A stretch of DNA of 64,000 nucleotides, taken from the NCBI GenBank assembly GCA_965221205.1, contig OZ244870.1, positions 1,374,782-1,438,781 of the forward strand, written 5' to 3'. Origin of the DNA: a bacterium (GTDB lineage Bacteria > SM23-31). The first letter of the stretch is position 1; each line of letters opens with the position of its first letter. Of this stretch, positions 32,154 to 40,359 are shown in pieces. The notes under the pieces are model-generated. The model did no database searches. It saw nothing but the letters and a program-made list of their open reading frames with translations, and was not told the DNA's origin. The translations under genes and the position numbers were made by a program.

Positions 32154-33357
32154 ATGCCAATGCTCACCGAACTACTGGAGACCATTAGCAACGGAGAAAA
32201 CTCCGGGGTCGAGTTTAAGCGAGACACACTGCAAAACTACGATCTTGCAAAAGAGCTGGTCGCCTTCTCGAACCTTGGGGGCGGGATGGTGCTTCTTGGC
32301 GTGGAGGATGACGGAAGCATATCGGGCATCACCAGAGATAACCTCGAAGAATGGGTAATAACCACATGCCGGGACAAGATCAGACCGGCCATCATCCCCT
32401 TCTTTGAGATTGTTCGCAACGTCGAGCCGGGAAAGAACGTGGCAATTGTCCGTGTGACACGCGGCTACGACGTTCACAGCCTCTGGCACAGCAACAGCAG
32501 AAAGTATCACATCAGGGTAGGAACGCAGAGCAGGGAAGCGACTCCGGAAGAGCTGGGGCGGCTTTTCCAGCAACGGGGAACGGTCCGCGCTGAATTGCTG
32601 CCGGTCTCAGGATCGACTGTTGACGACTTGGACCGGCGACGACTTCGGGATTATTTTGTCCGTATTCGTCAACAGGACGTGCCCACTGACGCGGATGAAG
32701 CGGCCTGGATATCCCTTCTTGTAAACACGGAGATCATGACGGAGGATGGTGTCACCGTTAGCGGGATGCTCTTGTTTGGCACGACACCAAACCGTTTTCT
32801 TCCCCAGGCCGGCATTGACGCTGCAGCTTTCCCCGGAACGGGAAAAGACTATGCGGCGCGCGAACGCATGGCGCTCCGTGGCCCGATGACCACCTTGATC
32901 TCCGCAAATGGCGCTATCGTGGAAAACGGCCTGGTTGAACAGGCACTAGGGTTTGTGCTCCGGAATACCCCGGTGACGGCTGTCCTCGAAAACGGGAGAA
33001 GAGTCGAAAAGCCTGCCTATCCTCAAGAGGTGATCCGAGAGGCAGTTGTCAACGCGCTCATCCATCGCGACTACCTTCTCTCCAGCACGGATATCGAACT
33101 GGCCGTGTACAGCAATCGGCTGGAAATCGTTTCACCTGGACGGCTTTCAAACGGTATTACACGCCGGAACGGATGCGCGCAGGGACACGATCTGCCCGAA
33201 ATCAGCTCCTGAAGGATGTCATGCGGGACTACGGTTATCTGGAGCACATGGGGTGGGAATTCCGCTAAAGATCATCGCAGGGATGCAGAAGCACAACAAT
33301 ACAACGCCTGAACTGATTGAAGACCAGGAACGCTTCATCCTGCGCGTGCGGACATGA
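32154..33357 (+). pseudogene. AlbA_2 (Schlafen-like) DNA-binding + HATPase_c_4 protein, C-terminus frameshifted
   Basis: N-terminal ENSGVEFKRD...LAKELVAFSNLGGGMVLLGVEDDGSISGI is an AlbA_2 signature. C-terminal REAVVNALIHRDY...IEIVSPGRL is HATPase_c_4. The tail GYLEHMGWGIPLKIIAGM continues in a different frame (33181-33357). Confidence 0.55.
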
Positions 33358-33503
33358 CGGAGGTTCGTCAGATGGAGGATGCATTCCACCTCATCGAGGA
33401 AGATCTCATCTTGTGGTTGGCGATGTGCTGGGCGATCTCGAGATCACCGATTCGCTGCTGTCCCGACGCAGGTTGGACACGTGACTCCGCAACCGGATTA
33501 AGG

Positions 33504-35022
33504 AGCTAACACAATGAATAGAAAGTTTAAGAGATATGCAGAAAAGACCTACCCCCCCCCTCGAAAAATTAAATCTTCATTCAAGAACGATTTTCTGCCG
33601 CGATAATTTGCCGGTTCTGCGGGGCATTAACAGCAATTCCATAGACCTGATTTACTTAGACCCTCCGTGACCCTCCGTTTAATAAAGGACGTAATTTCCA
33701 TTTGCTCCTATTGGCACAACCGCAGAAGGGGCTGATTTCAGGGATATATGGTCGCCAGACGAAGTTAAGGACGAGTGGCATAATCAGATAAATGATCGCT
33801 TTCCCGAGTTATACAAATACCTCAATGCCGTTGGAGATATCGGAAGCAGGTCAGCAAAATATTATCTGATTTATATGGGGGTAAGGCTTATCGAGATGAA
33901 ACGAGTGTTGAAGGATACCGGAAGTCTGTATCTACATTGCGACCCGACCGTTTCGCATTATCTAAAATTGTTGTTGGATACAATTTTCGGACATGCGCAG
34001 TTCAGGTCCGAAATTTCATGGAAACGCACTTTTTCGCACAATGACAGTCGAACGTTTGGAAATGTTCGGGATGTAATTCTGTTTTACGGAAATTCGGACA
34101 TAAACACCGGTTCCGTTCGGGTTCCTTTGAATAACGAGTATGTCCAAAAATTCTATCGTTACGAAGATTCCGTAGGACGCTATGCGGCTATCGATTTAAC
34201 AGGGCAGGGACGTCGGTAGGGGAAAGTGGCAACCCGTGGAGAGGCATTAATCCTGGTGATGTGGGAAGGCAGTGGTCCGTTCCGTTGACAGGCAATTACG
34301 CCACGTGGATCGAGGAAAACATTATACCGGGATACAGATCTATCGGGAGGCCACAGGAACGACTGGACGCACTTGATAACGTTGGGATGATTCACCAATC
34401 CAGAACGGGACGGAGAGTACCGAGCCTCAAACGTTACCTCAAAGCCGCACAGGGTCAGGTTCCTTCTAACTCATGGGACGATATAAACGCTGTGCAGTCT
34501 CATTCCAAAGAACGCACCGGTTATCCTACGCAAAAACCACTTGCCCTGTTAGCGCGGATAATAAAAGCCAGTTCAAACCCGGGCGACATAGTGCTAGATC
34601 CGTTTTGTGGTTGTGCAACAACCTGTATTGCTGCTGAAAAACTTGAAAGGCAGTGGATTGGAATTGACGTTTCAAAAAAAGCATACGACTTGGTGATAGA
34701 GCGGCTTAAGAAGGAAGTTCCTCCAGACTTGTTCAGGGGAAAGCCTATTTTCAGAACGGATAGACCGACAAGAAACGATGTGCTCTATAAGAAAGTTCCG
34801 ACAAAGGAAGACAGGTTTTATCTATACGGAAAACAAAACGGCACGTGTTGCGGCTGCAATACCCAGTTTGAAATACAGCATCTTGAAATAGATCATATAG
34901 TTCCCCGTTCACAAGGTGGAGGTAGTGAGCGTGAAAACCTTCAACTACTCTGTGGTCATTGTAATCGTACAAAAGGCGACCGCCCAATGGAATATCTAAT
35001 GGCACGACTTAAAGTCGCTTAA
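33504..35022 (+). pseudogene. beta-class N4/N6 DNA methyltransferase (PF01555-like) fused to a C-terminal HNH endonuclease, with at least 4 disruptions
   Basis: RBS AAGGAG, then MNRKFKRYAEKTYPP and a C9 tract (33551-33559); one fewer C gives IFCRDNLPVLRGINSNSIDLIYLDPP. A 10-bp tandem duplication gaccctccgt (33659-33678) introduces a stop after DPP. Further along: KDTGSLYLHCD, TGYPTQKPLALLARII, FCGCATTCIAA, and HNH CCGCN...EIDHIVPRSQGG...LLCGHCNRTKGD. Confidence 0.6.
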
Positions 35023-35040
35023 ATCCTTTCATTAAAATAA

Positions 35041-35661
35041 GGACAAATCCATACCGACACGTTTAAGGAACAACTCAAATCTGTCATCAGTGAGTATGAA
35101 TCAGCTGCATCAGACACAATCTCCAACATGCAAATTATTGAAAGAATTGCTGGCCGAAATTCTGTTTATTTTAAACAGGTCATGAGAATTGATAAGGACA
35201 AGGAGTTCTCTAAGAAATTTAACATGATATCAATGAGTTCGGAAGAGGCTTACATATATAACACAATTTATATGATGGTGCACTATCTCGCCACATCGAT
35301 TTCGTTCGAAAACAGGGGGCTTGCAGCGCCCGGCAGTATCGATTCTGTTCCGGTGTCTGCAGATAAAGAGGATTATAACTCAAATGGCATGTGGAGCGCA
35401 CGTAAAGCTTGGAAAATTATCGAAAACGCTGAGCGGATTATTGCAGTTGAACTGTTATGCGCCGCTCAGGCTGTCGATTTCCACAGCGAGTACAAGCCGG
35501 GAAAAGGAACACAAGCGGCGTATAATGTGATTCGGTCAAAAGTGAAAATGCTGAAACAAGACCGAATAATCGGTAAAAATATTCAATCTGTCATCGGTCT
35601 AATCCGGACTGGCAATCTGGTAGAGGCTGTAGAAAAGTCTGTTGGAAAATTGTCGCTTTAG
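35041..35661 (+). pseudogene. hutH: histidine ammonia-lyase, C-terminal ~205 aa fragment only
   Basis: NAERIIAVELLCAAQAVDF is a HAL/PAL C-terminal motif. The frame opens right after a stop at 35038-35040. The N-terminal ~300 aa, including the MIO-forming ASG motif, are absent. Confidence 0.55.
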
Positions 35662-35688
35662 AGATCAATTTATTCTATATAAGAAGTT

Positions 35689-36684
35689 GTGATAATGGCA
35701 GGGAATATGAGAAACTGTTTTCGATTCACATTACTTTTTTCAGCAGTGCTAAGCGTTTTCTTCGTGATAGTTGCTTGCAACGGTGGCACAATATCGGAAA
35801 GTGAACACGCAGCCGTTCCAGTCGAAACGGGATCGCTCGATGTGAAATGGATTCATGGTTCCGATCCGTGTTCCGGGAATACCGGTCCACAGTTTCAAGT
35901 GCACCGATATGCGGCAAACACCTATATACTCCGTCAGAACAAATGCGATTCTCGCCATGCACCATTCAGCTATTTGCTGTTTGGTGAGGAAAGAGCAATC
36001 CTTTTCGATACCGGTGCTGAGCTGGATTCAGGTGGAGGCAACAACGGATTGAAAAAAGTTGTGGAGGATATATTTGCTGAATGGAGTGCGGAACAGGGAA
36101 GAGCAATACCGCCGTTGACAGTGGCACATTATCATGGCCACTTCGACCATTTCTACGCCGATCCTGAGTTTAGAGCTGATGAAAATACAATTGTTGTCGG
36201 TACAGGCCCAGAAAATGTCGAGAAGTTTTTCGGTATTACCGATTGGCCTAATAAAACAGTTTTTTATGATCTCGGAAACCGGAGTTTGACCGTTATTCCA
36301 ATCCCCGGCCACACGGAAGACAGTATTACGATATACGATCCATGGACACACTTTCTGCTGACTGGTGATTCGGTCTATCCGGGAACGCTTTTTATTCCGG
36401 ACTGGATGTCATTCAAACAGAGTATCAACAAACTGGCTTCGTTTGCCAATGAGCATCCGATATCGTATATACTCGGCACCCATATTGAGATGACCACAAC
36501 ACCAGACCAGGATTATAGCGGAACCTATGAACCGAATGAACATGCGCTGCAACTCGGTGTTGAGCACCTTTGGGAACTGCGTGATTCACTCGAAGCGTTA
36601 GGTGATACGCCGATAAAAAAGATACACGATGATTTTATCATTTTCCCGCGCATATTTGACGAGGATGCATCCGGCCAAAATTAA
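35689..36684 (+). CDS. MBL-fold metallo-hydrolase, probable lipoprotein
   Basis: Signal peptide plus lipobox (VIVACNG). HYHGHFDH metallo-beta-lactamase motif. Confidence 0.7.
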   Translation: MIMAGNMRNCFRFTLLFSAVLSVFFVIVACNGGTISESEHAAVPVETGSLDVKWIHGSDPCSGNTGPQFQVHRYAANTYILRQNKCDSRHAPFSYLLFGEERAILFDTGAELDSGGGNNGLKKVVEDIFAEWSAEQGRAIPPLTVAHYHGHFDHFYADPEFRADENTIVVGTGPENVEKFFGITDWPNKTVFYDLGNRSLTVIPIPGHTEDSITIYDPWTHFLLTGDSVYPGTLFIPDWMSFKQSINKLASFANEHPISYILGTHIEMTTTPDQDYSGTYEPNEHALQLGVEHLWELRDSLEALGDTPIKKIHDDFIIFPRIFDEDASGQN

Positions 36685-37020
36685 TTAAGTAAAAAATGAC
36701 TATAATCCAGGTTGTATGTTATTTCATTTTTGTGTATCTTTGAGATGTGAAAGCGGTAATGCCGGGGTGGTGAAATTGGTAGACGCGCTGGACTCAAAAT
36801 CCAGTAGGCTTCGGTCCGTGAGGGTTCGAGTTCCTCCCTCGGCACTGTAGTAAAAACAAGGACTTACAAGGATTGTTTATGAGTCCTATAAATGTCTGAA
36901 GATTTTACTCCCACCGCTATTCCCACCATAAAGCACATGTTTTGAGTGGCTTCATTAAATTAATTTGGTCTATTTATAGGATGATTTTGATGTGACCATT
37001 GCCCGACGTACCATTTCATT
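36648..37020 (+). repeat. direct repeat copy 1 (MBL 3' end + tRNA-Leu + ~180 bp downstream)
   Basis: About 85-90% identical to 39851-40213 by eye. Shared strings: cgcatatttgacgaggatgcatccgg, tgtgtatctttgagatgtgaaagcggtaatgccggggtggtgaaattggtagacgcgctggactcaaaatccagt, cgacgtaccatttcat. Confidence 0.8.
36761..36844 (+). tRNA. tRNA-Leu (anticodon CAA), copy 1; weak variable arm, possibly degenerate
   Basis: Acceptor stem GCCGGGG/CCTCGGC, D-arm TGGTGAAATTGGTAGAC, anticodon loop CTCAAAA, long variable arm, T-loop TTCGAGT. Confidence 0.7.
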
Positions 37021-37623
37021 CCCAGAACCATATTTCACATTTATAATCCCTCGCTAAAATATCCGAAAAATTTATGAAATATATAGATTTTGCTTATGTG
37101 TAAAGTAAACTTTCCACCTGGAGAGTTCTCACTTTATTAAAATCTCGCCTCAAACCTAATTCCTATCCCATTCGAAGAATATCGTCCTTGCAGGTAATTA
37201 AAGTTTGAATTGTTGTCTATGTATTAGGCAGGTGGAGAGTTATCTGGAAAGGTAATTTACGGAAAGATGTGAGTAAAAATCGCTTATAGAAATTAAGAGA
37301 TGCATTTTGCTTTATAAGTATTTTCTGCTCCCCGGGTGGGACGATGTTAGAACTTTTTTCAAGGATAAAAAGGAAGATATCCAAATCCCAGCTTTTGATC
37401 TTCCAGCCTCAGCATAACGGCTTGCGCATAACCGGCCCAAAGTATGCGGGCCTACTCCCTCAAAGCTAACTGAAAAGGACCTGCGGAGCAATGTCTATCC
37501 TGCCTGAACGGTGCACTTTGGGTTCGGCGTTGATTCACTGGTTATGCGGCGAACGTTAGGTTACTCCCCGCGGTAAGAGGCGAGCGAGGCGTATCGATCA
37601 TAGTGGCTAAATATCAACACGGC

Positions 37624-39297
37624 CTAATTTTTGGAGGGGATCGGCTGGTCGCCCCAGTGGCGTTGTGCATCCAAGATGATCTGTTCGTATCTGGTGCGCG
37701 CTACTTCGTAGTTCGCCAGTACCTCCTGTTGAGCGGCGGTGGATGGAAAGCGATCCGGTTGAGAACGGGCGATATCGGCCAGTATTTGAGTCCAGCGTAG
37801 CATGTAGGTTGCATCTTGGGCAAACGCTGTCGGCTTTTCATCTACCGATAGATAAACCGGGCTGGTGTGTGCTTGGCGGAGTAAGCCGTCCGGGGCCCGA
37901 TAGAGCGCGCGGGCGGCAATCCAGCCGCTTCTTTTCGGATACAGTTCGTAGGTTAGCGTCTGTCGTAAGATCGGTGCAGGTTTTTGATCGAGCAGGCTCA
38001 GCGAGGCAACGACGCGACCGTTGTGAACGAGTTGGAGCGATTCCAACGCTTCAATCGAACGCAGGGTTGCAATGAATTGAATGGGGCTGGTGTCCGATGA
38101 CGTTCTGGAGATCATTGTTCCCGGGCCCTGGCTGTCAGCATCCAGGGTCAGCATGGGCCCCGTGGTGACGAAGGAACGTCCGGCCTTGATCGAGTCCCAC
38201 ATTTTCTCTGCCGTCAACGGTCCGTTAATTCTGGCATAGACGCGGTTATGGCCGGTCGGTACCGGCATCACGCCGATGGCCGAGCCGCCGGAGACGCCTA
38301 GGCGAAAGCCGCAATTCAAGAAGCGGTAATACAGATTGTTCGTGCGATGGAACAAACCGTCGCCGACAGCAGCATTGGACTCACCCGCCGACAGCGGTCC
38401 GATCATGCCCCAGCCACCCACCAAGGTTGACCTGCGATGGTAGTGGTTGTGGCAGACTTGAATGGTGTTGAGCACCCCCAGCGCCGCACCGATGACGGTC
38501 TCTGCCCATGATGGTTTGTCGCTGTCGAATACAACGCCCGGTGACTGGGTTCGCGCGGTTCGGCAAAGCGCGGCGTCAGTGGGAAAATGCTCCCCGAATT
38601 GCTTGGTGGTGATGGGGCTGTCCAGGTTGAACAGAAATGTCGCGCCGATAGTCCAGCCGGGTGCGGCGTTGCGATCGATGCGTTCGATTTCGATGTTGTT
38701 TCGCGTGATGAGGTGGCGGTCGTCGATGACGATCGGCGCTGTGTAGGTTTCATCCGGCCACGTTGCGTGCCACGATTCCTCCCGTCCTCGCAGCCAGTAG
38801 GTGAATGCCGGCACGAGATGCACGTCGTCGGCCAGCGCCAGTTGTTGAAGGATGTGAGGATTGTTCTGTCCCAGATGCACGTGCAGATCGGCTGAATACC
38901 AGCCTTCGGACGGCAAATCGATCCAGCGCTTCAGCTGAATGGTATTCTCGATCGTTTCGCCGGCTTTCAGGGTGAATGCAAGGTCTACCGGAGTGTATTC
39001 TTTCCCTTTTTCAACATGCACCACCGCATTTCCGGCCGGCACCTCCATTGTGAAAACGCCATCGCAGCTAAAGCTTTGATCTTCGGCGTAGACCGTCGCC
39101 GTCTGCGGCGCTATTGGTTGGAAAAAACGCTGGCTGTCAACATCGATCCATGCGCGAGCCGGGGTTGTATTACCGCTTTCGTCGACAATCCGGATTGAGA
39201 TGCGGGCCAGTATCTTGAACGGATCGGATTGACCGCATGTAACAAGGATAGAGCAGCAAAATAAAATCGCAAATAGTAATGAGGACAATTTATTCAC
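37624..39297 (-). CDS. CehA/McbA-like PHP-domain metallophosphoesterase, lipoprotein, GC-rich
   Basis: Signal peptide plus lipobox LVTCGQS, a carboxypeptidase-regulatory-like N-terminal domain, and a DLHVHLGQ PHP motif. GC content is far above background. Confidence 0.5.
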   Translation of the reverse strand: MNKLSSLLFAILFCCSILVTCGQSDPFKILARISIRIVDESGNTTPARAWIDVDSQRFFQPIAPQTATVYAEDQSFSCDGVFTMEVPAGNAVVHVEKGKEYTPVDLAFTLKAGETIENTIQLKRWIDLPSEGWYSADLHVHLGQNNPHILQQLALADDVHLVPAFTYWLRGREESWHATWPDETYTAPIVIDDRHLITRNNIEIERIDRNAAPGWTIGATFLFNLDSPITTKQFGEHFPTDAALCRTARTQSPGVVFDSDKPSWAETVIGAALGVLNTIQVCHNHYHRRSTLVGGWGMIGPLSAGESNAAVGDGLFHRTNNLYYRFLNCGFRLGVSGGSAIGVMPVPTGHNRVYARINGPLTAEKMWDSIKAGRSFVTTGPMLTLDADSQGPGTMISRTSSDTSPIQFIATLRSIEALESLQLVHNGRVVASLSLLDQKPAPILRQTLTYELYPKRSGWIAARALYRAPDGLLRQAHTSPVYLSVDEKPTAFAQDATYMLRWTQILADIARSQPDRFPSTAAQQEVLANYEVARTRYEQIILDAQRHWGDQPIPSKN

Positions 39298-39850
39298 TAA
39301 AATTTCCTCCTTTAAGTGTATGATAGAAATTATCAGAAAAATTTATTGCTTGAACATTGGCTAACGTGACTCAATATGTTGTAAATTAAAAAACAGACCT
39401 GAACTTTGACAACATTTTGATATTGATAATTTTGTGCCACGAAATCCCATGATACTTCTTTTATGGACAGGCAACTGTGTTGTGCCTGTTATTGCATCGA
39501 GTATCAGGAAGTACTTGGATCATTAGATATCATTAGAATTATAAAGATTAATCTAAAATACTGACCATATCAAACCACAAACAACCAATTGCTCATCAAA
39601 TTATGTCTTAGTGACTTTAGTTGGAGAAATGAGGCTGAAGATAGATTAATTTATGAGAATATAAGAGATAAATTTTGAAAACACAACCCTTCAAAAATAA
39701 TTTATGCACCATCACTAACGGGTAGTTGGGAAACCATACTACCTTACGCGGCAATAGCCACACCATCAGTTTATAAAGTCGATAGCCGGCAATTCGTTGT
39801 GGTTGTCGCAGGCGGCGGCAAAGGCCTATACTCAGCACCTCAACCTTCCG

Positions 39851-40213
39851 GCGCATATTTGACGAGGATGCATCCGGCAAAAATTAATCAAGTAAAAAAT
39901 GACTATAATCCGGGTTGCATGTTATTTCATTTTTGTGTATCTTTGAGATGTGAAAGCGGTAATGCCGGGGTGGTGAAATTGGTAGACGCGCTGGACTCAA
40001 AATCCAGTGGGAGCAATCCCGTGAGGGTTCGAGTCCCTCCTCCGGCACTATAATAAAAAAGGACCTATAATGTTGAATTGTAAGTCCTTGTTTGTGTCCA
40101 ATATTTTATTCCCACCATAAAGTACATATTTTAAGTAGTTTCATTGAATCCTATTGATCAATCTTAATTTGTATGACACTGGTGTGAGTATTTCACGACG
40201 TACCATTTCATCC
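39851..40213 (+). repeat. direct repeat copy 2
   Basis: See copy 1. Confidence 0.8.
39964..40047 (+). tRNA. tRNA-Leu (anticodon CAA), copy 2; canonical variable arm and T-stem
   Basis: Same acceptor stem, D-arm and anticodon arm as copy 1. The variable arm gggagcaatccc pairs cleanly. T-stem GAGGG/CCCTC. Confidence 0.8.
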
Positions 40214-40359
40214 AATGAGGATGATTACTTAATGCCATTTTTTGAAATGATGGATAATTTAGATAGGATATTAAAGCAGGATATAGTAAACAATGCACAG
40301 ATTTTTTAATTCGACATGAGTATCATATCTAATTTGAGAATGATCAGCAAATAAATTAC

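Larger units (their letters stand above)
29180..33500. other. GC-rich compositional island (about 60% GC against a ~38% background)
   Basis: Abrupt change in base composition visible by eye. Long spurious antisense ORFs (e.g. 30018-30974, 30539-31102) are typical of high GC. Confidence 0.75.

Noticed and set aside
37624-39297. AT-rich signal peptide joined to a GC-rich mature domain in the CehA-like gene, as a possible chimera.
   Set aside because: Only ~70 nt, and Leu/Phe/Ile-rich signal peptides are intrinsically AT-rich. Not enough evidence for a gene fusion event.
39799-40053. 84-aa ORF overlapping tRNA-Leu copy 2.
   Set aside because: It runs straight through a well-formed tRNA gene. 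Spurious.
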